Shown: positions 57,360 through 64,000, counted from the stretch's first letter. The stretch is DNA of 64,000 nucleotides from Clostridia bacterium (GCA_017508195.1 JAFVZL010000043.1:108856-172855); one strand, 5' to 3'. The notes: generated by a model not told the origin, from the letters alone. Made by a program: numbers and translations.

Positions 57360-57760
57360 GAGAGCTGATATCGGGCTGACACCGACTGAGCGATTTCGAC
57401 TGTTAGGAAACGGAATGGATATCGGCTCGAACGAAAACCAAGGCGAGAGATAAGAATTCTCAACAGGCTGCCCTGACCGCTTTAATTACCATAGCGAGAG
57501 GCTACCGCCCTCCATAATGAAGGGAGAGAAACAGGGGCTACCAAGCTCGAGCGAGAAGCTAGGAGGGAAAATCTGCTACCTATATCTTATCAGGGGAGGT
57601 GCGCAAAGAGATCGTCTCCGACCGTCTCCGTAAGAGTAATTTTTAACTGTTGTGACGGTGAGTGCTGTAAGCCGTCGAGCGTTTATCCGATATCATGAAT
57701 AGTGTCAGAGCAATGGCCGGTTAGGCTGATAATTCTCCTTTAGCAAGAGATGGAGTTTAA
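57360..57760. ncRNA. Candidate structured RNA core of the ftsZ-downstream island (family unknown, strand unknown)
   Basis: GC-normal and ORF-free. 11-bp stem 57361-57371/57417-57427. GATATCGG appears twice, with a distal complement CCGATATC at 57686-57693. CCCTCC (57507) is complementary to GGAGGG (57561), and GACGG (57653) to CCGTC (57671). Threefold GCGAGAR and GCTACC direct repeats. No Rfam family recognised by eye. Confidence 0.25.
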
Positions 57761-57761
57761 C

Positions 57762-57776
57762 ACATTTTCCGAAAAT
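57762..57776. promoter_or_regulatory. CodY-box-like palindrome
   Basis: CATTTTCCGAAAATA versus consensus AATTTTCWGAAAATT (12/15 match). Confidence 0.25.
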
Positions 57777-57790
57777 ACACAAAAACGAAT

Positions 57791-57848
57791 TACATTTTTC
57801 CGTTCCCCATTTTTGGGGTGCAAAATTCCGTTCTACACAATTCCGTTC
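57791..57848 (+). repeat. Three direct 15-mer iterons TRCAnWWTTCCGTTC
   Basis: TACATTTTTCCGTTC (57791-57805), TGCAAAATTCCGTTC (57819-57833) and TACACAATTCCGTTC (57834-57848). The last two abut each other. Confidence 0.8.
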
Positions 57849-57924
57849 TGACATTTTAACCCTAAAACCGCTTTTTGAGCTCAAAAAATAGTGTCATACA
57901 CCCCGAAATAACGGAATTGTGTAG
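57833..57924. repeat. 15-bp perfect inverted iteron pair enclosing a concentric 16-bp perfect palindrome
   Basis: CTACACAATTCCGTT (57833-57847) pairs with AACGGAATTGTGTAG (57910-57924). TTTTTGAGCTCAAAAA (57872-57887) is centred within 1 bp of the midpoint of that pair. Confidence 0.85.
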
Positions 57925-58537
57925 TTTTTAAGTAAAAGTTTTCAACATCGATTTTGTGTTTTTTCAAATTACCAACAACAACCAACACGCTCTTTTCCGT
58001 AAAACGAAAAAGTGTATTTTTGATTTTTCGGGCTTTTTACACACCTGGAAACGGATGCTCCGAAATTGTATATCAGCCCATATCGGGCTCGGTTTCTCGC
58101 TCCAAAAAAGAACGTGAAAAACTTATTCAGAGTACAATATCGAGTACCCCTTCTCTCTTCCCAATAGCTTTCAATCAGGAGTCATACCCAAGCGAACGAC
58201 AGGCGGAAGCGTCATCACCGTTCAGTATCAAAATGCCATGATCAAAAAATTCTCCGAGCAGTTTTCCAAAAGAAAAATTGAACTCCGCATTAACCGCTCG
58301 ATATGCGAAAGCGCCCCCGGAAGATGGCTTTTAGTTTCAACAACGCGCCTCGACCTCAGCGTTGAGGTACGTCAGCACTTCCCTGCTCTAAGAATATACT
58401 CACGGAAGCAGCAAAGCATCAAGCCCTTCTCATAACTTCAAAGCTGCTTTCAACAAAAGCAAAGCAAGCTGAAAATAGCTCTTGAATACAGCGCATATCA
58501 AAAGACTATTTTCATCTTTCTTTTTACTCGCATCAAA

Positions 58538-58560
58538 GCGCGGTATCACCCGCGTTTTTT
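58538..58560 (+). terminator. Plus-strand terminator-like hairpin at the inner edge of the right array
   Basis: CGCGG-tatcac-CCGCG followed by a T-run that begins the T-tract array. Confidence 0.4.
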
Positions 58561-58750
58561 AACCTGTTTTCGGGGCGTAATTCTCAGTGCTTTTTCATCC
58601 CGTTTTCGCCGCCTGTTTTTTGCTGCTTTTTTCGTCCGTTTTTTAAGTGGATTTTTTACTGATTTTCGAGCGCGTTTTTTTCTCGTTTTTTTAACTCTTA
58701 CCAGCCCTGTTTTTCAGCGCTCCTTCCCCTCTTTTGCGGGTGCTGTTTTC
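58554..58750 (+). repeat. Right array of ~12-bp phased T-tract units (14 runs of T4-T7), the inverted counterpart of the left array
   Basis: Units CGCGTTTTTT, CCTGTTTT, GTGCTTTTT, CCCGTTTT, GCCTGTTTTTT, GCTGCTTTTTT, GTCCGTTTTTT, GTGGATTTTTT, GCGCGTTTTTTT, CTCGTTTTTTT and others. T-run starts are spaced 11-13 bp (or multiples). The reverse complement follows the same grammar as 57001-57345. Confidence 0.8.
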
Positions 58751-58874
58751 AAGCTGAAAAAGCTATGATGAAAAGACCTTTTGCGATTACCCTTTAATTC
58801 ATCGGAACATGTTACTTATACAAGCCCATAATTTCCATATACCGTAATGTCAAGATCAAAGCATCAGCTGCACC

Positions 58875-59094
58875 CACGCGCGTGCGTCCATGCGAGCGCA
58901 CGAGAATACCCTTCATGTGCTTCTTAAGAAAAAAGCAGGCAAAACTACTCCGCTTAATGCCGTTACGTGCACTGAGAGGCAAAATTTCGCTCTCTGTGCG
59001 CATTTAAGCGCTATTCTCGCACTCACGCTCATTTTTTATCGCTATATCGCAAATAAAGCGAATTTTCGGGCACGTGCGCACATGCATACGCGTG
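58875..59094. repeat. Cluster of alternating purine-pyrimidine tracts and short GC-rich palindromes
   Basis: CACGCGCGTG palindrome within a 13-nt alternating Pu/Py run (58875-58887). A 25-nt perfect alternating run GCACGTGCGCACATGCATACGCGTG (59070-59094) contains the palindromes GCACGTGC, GTGCGCAC, ATGCAT and ACGCGT. More ACGCGCG / TGCGCA / ACACGCGCA tracts extend to ~59130. Confidence 0.8.
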
Positions 59095-59145
59095 AGCAAC
59101 GCGCGAAACTGCGCAAACACGCGCAATATTTCCGTTTGATTGACG

Positions 59146-59205
59146 CAAAACAAAAAGCACCCGGCCCACTCACCGTGGCGTATACCACAGAGCCGAGTGC
59201 TTTTT
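59146..59205 (-). terminator. Terminator of the recD2 / mreB-like / microprotein operon
   Basis: Minus strand: GCACUCGGC...GCCGGGUGC, a 9-bp stem with one G-U pair that is a C-A mismatch on the plus strand. It is followed by TTTTTGTTTT, directly after the 39-aa ORF stop. Confidence 0.65.
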
Positions 59206-59221
59206 ATAATTGTTTTTCCGA

Positions 59222-59341
59222 TCAACCGATTATGTAGAACAGAACGGTCGCAATCGAGCCGAACAGAAGAAGTGCTGCGAGCGAGCCCGCAAGAATCTTT
59301 GCGGTCATAGAGACCGTCTTCTTTTCTCCGTTGTTTTTCAT
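59222..59341 (-). CDS. 39-aa membrane microprotein (not in the supplied ORF track)
   Basis: My own translation: MKNNGEKKTVSMTAKILAGSLAALLLFGSIATVLFYIIG. A GAGGAG RBS lies 7 nt upstream and overlaps the mreB-like stop codon. It has a single TM helix. Confidence 0.6.
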   Translation of the reverse strand: MKNNGEKKTVSMTAKILAGSLAALLLFGSIATVLFYIIG

Positions 59342-59352
59342 TTTATATCTCC

Positions 59353-60399
59353 TCAATGTTTTTTACTGTTTTCGTAATACTTTGCGATATCCTTAGTAAT
59401 ATTCTTCCCTGCCACCTTAGCGCGGTCGGGTAAGAACGCGTTTATCCTCGAAAGACCCTTGGCAACGCAATCGGCAGCCCCGTCGGGCTTTGTTACCGAG
59501 ATACCGAGGACCTTAGAGATAAGCATCTCGATACCGAAGAGCTCGGCACCGCCGCCCGTAAGAACTATTCCGTTATCGAATATGTCCTCTACGGCATCGG
59601 TGGGAATCTGCTTCACCGCCTCTGCGATCTCAAATATAAGCTTCTGTAACGGTGCCTCAAAGACACCTACTATATCTTCTGTGGTTACGTTTATCTTCAG
59701 CTTGTTACCTGTCAGCGACAGAGTTCCCTCAATATCGAGGCTATCGTTCGGCTTGCCCTTCCAGACCGCACCGAGCTTCTCCTTTATCGCCCTTGCAACT
59801 ATCAGTGAGATATTTACCTCACCCTGATCGAATATATACTGCTTTACTGCACGGTCGAAGTCCTCACCGCCTATTTTGGCACGTTTCAAGGTGAGTATGC
59901 TTCCCTTATGCAGAATTGCTATCTCGGTAGCAAGTGCACCGATATTGACCGATATAACGCTCATCGCAGGAGAATATCCCGCACCGATAAGCGCTGCCAT
60001 AGGACGAGCCACACAGGTGGCGGTATCAACGCCCGACTCGACGAGCATCTGACAGAGCTCCTTTTCCTGCTTCGGGGTGAAGTCAGACGGAACACCTACA
60101 ACACAGCGTATCTTCTCGGCATCGCCAACCGCGCGCATCGCGCTCGCGATAACCTCTCTCGTTATCTGATGGTCGAAGAGGAGCCCGTTCTTAAAGGGTC
60201 TGACAAGCATGCCCTCCGAGATGTCCTCGCCCTCCTTACCGTACATAAGAGCATCGGCACCAACGGCAATTATACGGCGCTGATCGGGTCGCGGCTGCTT
60301 ATAGACGAGCGCAACGGATGGCTCTCGGTATATCTCAGCAATACAGTCGCTGATGGTGATATTGGCGTAACCAAGGTCGAGACCTATCTTCGTTACCAT
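59353..60399 (-). CDS. Divergent MreB-family actin-like protein
   Basis: ATG at 60399 follows an AAAGGAG RBS. IGLDLGYANITI (phosphate-1), EPSVALV, RPFKNGLLFDHQITREVI, VNIGALATEIAIL, GIVLTGGGAELFG. It aligns by eye with MreB/Mbl motifs but is clearly divergent. Confidence 0.8.
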   Translation of the reverse strand: MVTKIGLDLGYANITISDCIAEIYREPSVALVYKQPRPDQRRIIAVGADALMYGKEGEDISEGMLVRPFKNGLLFDHQITREVIASAMRAVGDAEKIRCVVGVPSDFTPKQEKELCQMLVESGVDTATCVARPMAALIGAGYSPAMSVISVNIGALATEIAILHKGSILTLKRAKIGGEDFDRAVKQYIFDQGEVNISLIVARAIKEKLGAVWKGKPNDSLDIEGTLSLTGNKLKINVTTEDIVGVFEAPLQKLIFEIAEAVKQIPTDAVEDIFDNGIVLTGGGAELFGIEMLISKVLGISVTKPDGAADCVAKGLSRINAFLPDRAKVAGKNITKDIAKYYENSKKH

Positions 60400-60490
60400 G
60401 CCGTACTCCTTTCTGTCGTTTATGCCCGGATGAAAATAATTATAATACAAAGCGCGTGAAAATTCAAGTGCTTTTCAAATATTTAAGCTT

Positions 60491-62713
60491 TTATCTGTCT
60501 TTGTCGAATTCCGCCCTGAGGCGCGACTTAAGAGTGGTGTACCTCTCCACCTCGCGATTATTGGATATCATCTTATAGGGGATATCGCTTCTGCCGACAA
60601 GAATGACCATCCTCTTCGCACGCGTCACCGCAGTATAGAATAAGTTCCTCGTCTGAAGCATGGGCGGACAGTAATACATCGGTATGATAACAACGGGATA
60701 TTCGCTGCCCTGACTCTTATGAACGGTGATGGCATAGGCTAGCTCGAGCTCGTCGAGCTTCTCAAATTCATACTTTACAAGTCTGTCGTCAAACCTGATC
60801 TGCATAAATTTATCTGCCGTATTTATCATTTCTATCGTTCCGATATCACCGTTAAAGATGCCGATGCCCTCGATCCCGCACTTCTCCCATTCGATCTCAT
60901 AATCGTTCACTACCTGCATCACGCGGTCTCCCTCGCGGAAGACTGTAGAGTGTGCGGTGTGCTCTTTTTTAAGCTTTGCCGGTGGATTTATCCTCGCCTG
61001 AAGCTCTCGGTTAAGGACGTCTACACCGCCGTATCCGCGCCTCGAGGGAGTGATTATCTGTATCTCGTCGCGTATGGATTTTCCGTACGCCTTAGGCAAT
61101 CTTTCGGTAATAAGGCTTGCGACCGTATCGGCTATCGTGCGCTCGTCCTCTCTGCGAACAAAGAAGAAATCGCGGTCTACGGAACCGAGCACCGGGGGCT
61201 TGCCCTGATTTATCAGATGTGCATTCGTAATGATAAGGCTCTCCTCGGACTGTCTGAACACCTCGGTAAGCCTTACCGTAGGTATCGTACCCGAGGATAT
61301 GAGATCAGCAAGGATATTACCCGCACCGACACTCGGCAGCTGATCAAAGTCACCGATAAGAACGAGTCTCGCGCCTCTTGGCATCGCATAAAGCAGCGCG
61401 TGCATAAGTGTAAGGTCTATCATCGATGCCTCATCGACGATGACGACCTCTTCATCGAGCGGAAATCTCGCATTGCGGTTAAAGCGCGTTGTGTTAGCCT
61501 CCGTGCGCTCCATCTCGAGAAGTCGGTGAATGGTCTTCGCCTCCTCGCCCGTCGTCTCGCTGAGCCTCTTTGCCGCTCTGCCCGTAGGTGCCGCAAGCAC
61601 CGTATCTATGCCCGTATCGTGGAATATGGATATAAGCGCCTTTACTATCGTGGTCTTTCCCGTACCCGGGCCGCCCGTTATGATGGTCACACCGCCCTCA
61701 AGGCTGCGGTATATCGCCTCTCGCTGAAGGCTGGCATAGGTCACGTTCATTCCGACCTCGACCTTACGCATGAGACTCATGATATCGTCTCTCGGCATTG
61801 TAACCGCCTCGCGGCTCATCTGATATAGCCGCTTCGCAACGAATGCCTCCTTATAGCCTACATCGGCGGTCATTATGTACTCAGATTCTCCCTCTCGGTA
61901 TAACTCGAGCTCATCGGTAGTCAGGAAAAGCTCTATTGCCCGAGAGACGGTATCCTCACCGAGGTCAAGCAAATTCGACACAGCGCAGACAAGTTTCCCT
62001 CGAGGCAGACAGGTGTGTCCGTTAGCACCCGCGTTGTATTCGAGTATATATTCTATACCTGCGCGTATCCTCTGCTCTCCGTCCTTCGGATATCCGAGAG
62101 AGGCAGCTATCGCATCCGCTTTATCAAAGGGGATGCCCATCTCACCCTCGCACAGAACGTAAGGGTTATCTCTGACGATACCCACGGCAGATGCTCCGAG
62201 CTGCTTATAAACTCTGTTTATCTCACCCGTGCCGATGAAATCCTTGAAGAATATCATTACGTTGCGAAGCTCACTCTGACCGCGGAAGCTCTCGGAAATG
62301 GCTCTCGCCTTCTTTGCCGTAATACCGGGGATATCCGTCAGCCACTCGGGGTGGTTCTCGAGCACGTCAAAGGTATCAAGTCCGTACTTATTTGCGATCT
62401 TCAGTGCGGTCACGGGACCTACGCCCTTGACCGTTCTAGAGGAGAGGTACTGTATGATGCCATCAATCTCCTTAGGCAGAGATTTCTCATAGCTCGTAAA
62501 TGCAAACTGCGCTCCGAACTCACGGTGATAGGTCATACTGCCCGTAAGCTTTACTATCTCGCCCTCAGCGGGAGAGGCTATGATGCCTACCGCAGTAACG
62601 AGTCCTCCGTCATCGCCAAGCACCTCGAGGACGCTATAATCGTTCTCATCGTTTCTGAAAACGATATTTTCTATCTTACCCGATAACACCTTAACGGCTC
62701 TGTCGATATTCAA
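60491..62713 (-). CDS. recD2: ATP-dependent RecD2-type (RecD-like) DNA helicase
   Basis: 740 aa. N-terminal OB/HhH region, SF1B motifs (GGPGTGKTT, VIVDEASMID, LIGDFDQLPSVGAG) and a C-terminal SH3-like domain (ITVHKSQGSE). Confidence 0.92.
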   Translation of the reverse strand: MNIDRAVKVLSGKIENIVFRNDENDYSVLEVLGDDGGLVTAVGIIASPAEGEIVKLTGSMTYHREFGAQFAFTSYEKSLPKEIDGIIQYLSSRTVKGVGPVTALKIANKYGLDTFDVLENHPEWLTDIPGITAKKARAISESFRGQSELRNVMIFFKDFIGTGEINRVYKQLGASAVGIVRDNPYVLCEGEMGIPFDKADAIAASLGYPKDGEQRIRAGIEYILEYNAGANGHTCLPRGKLVCAVSNLLDLGEDTVSRAIELFLTTDELELYREGESEYIMTADVGYKEAFVAKRLYQMSREAVTMPRDDIMSLMRKVEVGMNVTYASLQREAIYRSLEGGVTIITGGPGTGKTTIVKALISIFHDTGIDTVLAAPTGRAAKRLSETTGEEAKTIHRLLEMERTEANTTRFNRNARFPLDEEVVIVDEASMIDLTLMHALLYAMPRGARLVLIGDFDQLPSVGAGNILADLISSGTIPTVRLTEVFRQSEESLIITNAHLINQGKPPVLGSVDRDFFFVRREDERTIADTVASLITERLPKAYGKSIRDEIQIITPSRRGYGGVDVLNRELQARINPPAKLKKEHTAHSTVFREGDRVMQVVNDYEIEWEKCGIEGIGIFNGDIGTIEMINTADKFMQIRFDDRLVKYEFEKLDELELAYAITVHKSQGSEYPVVIIPMYYCPPMLQTRNLFYTAVTRAKRMVILVGRSDIPYKMISNNREVERYTTLKSRLRAEFDKDR

Positions 62714-62791
62714 GACGCATCCTCCCGATATTTGATAAGAATATTATAGCAGTTATCAGCCCTCAAATCAAGGGCTTTTATAATGAATTAT

Positions 62792-62829
62792 AAAAAAGAG
62801 AAGACCGAGGGGTAATCCCGATCTTCTCC
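62792..62829 (-). terminator. metK intrinsic terminator
   Basis: Minus strand: GAGAAGAUCGGG...CCCUCGGUCUUCUC stem followed by T6. Confidence 0.75.
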
Positions 62830-62877
62830 TATGTAAATGATATCGGTTCAAGTGATACCGTTAATAATGCAACGATA

Positions 62878-64000
62878 TCAGCCTAAGCAAAGAGCCTTAA
62901 GCTCGTCTGCGATATCGCACTCCTCCCATTTTACGCCGAGATCCTCTCTGCCCATATGACCGTAAGCCGAGAGCTCCTTGTAGATGGGTGCCTTAAGTCC
63001 GAACTTCTTTATGATAGCTGCGGGACGAAGGTCGACAAGCTTAGCAACTGCCTCGGATATCTTCTCCTCGTCACATACTGCGGTGCCGAAGGTCTCGATC
63101 ATAACAGATACGGGACGGGCAACACCGATAGCGTATGCGATCTGTACCTCACACTTCTTTGCAAGTCCTGCCTTAACGATATTCTTCGCGACGTAGCGCG
63201 CTGCGTAGGATGCACTTCTGTCAACCTTGGTGGGATCCTTACCCGAGAAGGCGCCGCCGCCGTGTCTTGAGTATCCGCCGTATGTATCAACGATGATCTT
63301 TCTGCCGGTGAGGCCGGTGTCGCCCTGAGGGCCGCCGATAACGAATCTGCCCGTGGGGTTAACGTAGATATTTACCTTACCCTCGATAAGCTCCTTCGGA
63401 ACTACGGGGAAAATAACGTTCTCGATGATGTCCTTACGGATGGTCTCGGGCTCTATCTCCTTGCTGTGCTGAGCCGAGATAACGATAGTATCAACTCTCT
63501 TAGGCGCACCGTTCTCGTACTCAACGGTGACCTGAGTCTTACCGTCGGGACGGAGATAGGAGAGCTTACCGCTCTTTCTCACCTCTGTAAGCTTTTTCGC
63601 AAGCTTGTGCGCAAGAGAGATAGGAAGGGGCATAAGCTCGGGGGTCTCGTCACAAGCGAAGCCGAACATGATTCCCTGGTCACCCGCACCCGTATTGAGG
63701 TCATCGGTCTCCTCACCGCTCTTTGCCTCGAGGCAGTTGTCTACGCCGAGAGCGATATCCTCGCTTTGCTCGTGGATAGCGGTCATGACCGAGCAGGTAT
63801 GGCAGTCGAAGCCGTACTTTGCTCTGTCGTATCCGATCTCCTCTACTGTCTTACGGACGATGGCCTGATAATCAACCTTCGCATTAGTGGTTATCTCACC
63901 CATAACGGTGATGCTGCCCGTAGATGCGAAGCTCTCACAGGCTACGCGGCTATCGGGATCCTCAGCGAGGATAGCGTCGAGGATGGCATCGGATATGCGG
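62878..64000 (-). CDS. metK: S-adenosylmethionine synthetase (N-terminus beyond the window edge)
   Basis: The ORF is open to the window end; the upstream frame reads ...[38 protein letters not shown]. Further motifs: [28 protein letters not shown]. Confidence 0.95.
   Translation of the reverse strand, partial: RISDAILDAILAEDPDSRVACESFASTGSITVMGEITTNAKVDYQAIVRKTVEEIGYDRAKYGFDCHTCSVMTAIHEQSEDIALGVDNCLEAKSGEETDDLNTGAGDQGIMFGFACDETPELMPLPISLAHKLAKKLTEVRKSGKLSYLRPDGKTQVTVEYENGAPKRVDTIVISAQHSKEIEPETIRKDIIENVIFPVVPKELIEGKVNIYVNPTGRFVIGGPQGDTGLTGRKIIVDTYGGYSRHGGGAFSGKDPTKVDRSASYAARYVAKNIVKAGLAKKCEVQIAYAIGVARPVSVMIETFGTAVCDEEKISEAVAKLVDLRPAAIIKKFGLKAPIYKELSAYGHMGREDLGVKWEECDIADELKALCLG

Noticed and set aside
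57596-57606. dif/XerCD-like half-site GGTGCGCAAAG (compare the E. coli dif left arm GGTGCGCATAA)
   Set aside because: No matching right arm (TTATGTTAAAT-like) lies 6 nt away. A second look at ACTTCCCTGCTCTAAGAATATAC (about 58377-58399) against Bacillus dif also fails beyond the first 6 nt.
57547-57715. Possible RNase P RNA or tmRNA. CTCGAGCGAGAA (57547-57558) matches a stretch I recall from Bacillus RNase P RNA; CAGAGCAATGGCCGGTTAG vaguely resembles the ACAGAA..GGCTTA P4 strand; CCGTCTCC resembles a tmRNA 3' end
   Set aside because: The near-invariant GAGGAAAGTCC P4 strand is absent, and the would-be P4 halves are not complementary. The GGCTTACAG match is on the opposite strand. There is no tRNA-like T-arm or CCA end. 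These are isolated short matches only.
58111-58121. parS half-site-like AACGTGAAAAA
   Set aside because: Only the right half of TGTTNCACGTGAAACA is approximated, and the left half does not match.
57001-58750. CRISPR array
   Set aside because: The repeat units are only ~12 bp and degenerate, with no unique spacers of 25-40 bp. No cas genes are in the window.
57954-59237. Small ORFs inside the island (57954-58241, 58238-58435, 58812-59003, 58890-59237, 59004-59225)
   Set aside because: None has an RBS. They overlap one another on both strands, show odd composition, and coincide with T-tract or Pu/Py-repeat DNA. One minus-strand stretch (about 58.15-58.33 kb, ...AFAYRAVNAEFNFSFGKLLGEFFDHGILILNGDD...) looks faintly protein-like, but it is under 60 aa and bounded by stops. 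At best it is a decayed fragment.
1-64000. tRNA, rRNA, riboswitch or T-box leaders, transposases, integrases, toxin-antitoxin or defence-system genes
   Set aside because: I scanned the intergenic regions by eye. I found no cloverleaf-compatible GTTCGAATC-type T-arms, no rRNA-like segments and no long structured leaders upstream of biosynthetic genes (the metK leader lies outside the window). No ORF carries mobile-element or defence signatures.

Overview
This window is a densely packed core-chromosome segment from an endospore-forming, Clostridia-type Firmicute. That assignment is inferred from gene content only: spoVT, spoIIGA-sigE, whiA, TmcAL and a Firmicute-style dcw cluster. I support about 59 protein genes, nearly all housekeeping.

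Gene content by function:
- Replication, repair and recombination: parC-like, dnaG, dnaE, recN, xseAB, ruvAB, recD2.
- Transcription and translation: sigA, sigE, nusB, prfA, rpmE, hflX, tsaC, tmcAL, rsmH, tlyA.
- Cell wall and division: murB, mraZ-rsmH-pbp-murE-murF-mraY-ftsW-murG-ftsZ, and an mreB-like gene.
- Central and cofactor metabolism: ackA, coaE, nadK, rpe, ispDF, metK.
- A stand-alone Wzz / BY-kinase / PHP-phosphatase module.

I saw no rRNA, tRNA, CRISPR array, transposase or integrase. Many genes are translationally coupled through ATGA or TAATG stop/start overlaps, and several intrinsic terminators and sigma-A-type promoters can be read directly.

The outstanding anomaly is a ~2.2-kb island without credible genes, downstream of ftsZ (about 56.9-59.15 kb). 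It has a mirror-symmetric, highly patterned layout:
- terminator-like hairpins at the module boundaries;
- two inverted arrays of ~12-bp A-tract/T-tract units;
- a ~400-nt core of ordinary GC content, rich in complementarity;
- a 15-mer iteron cluster arranged around a perfect 16-bp palindrome;
- a block of alternating purine-pyrimidine palindromes.

I cannot assign the island to any RNA family or mobile element I know. It is the best candidate for something undescribed, either a large ncRNA locus or an orphan cis-acting DNA element.

Secondary points of interest:
- an uncharacterised TsaD/TsaB-like paralog embedded in the nusB-xseAB operon;
- a nested inverted-repeat element downstream of spoVT;
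- an orphan consensus promoter facing antisense into ackA;
- a non-FtsL-like protein plus a strong terminator inside the dcw cluster;
- a recD2 / mreB-like / 39-aa membrane microprotein operon.
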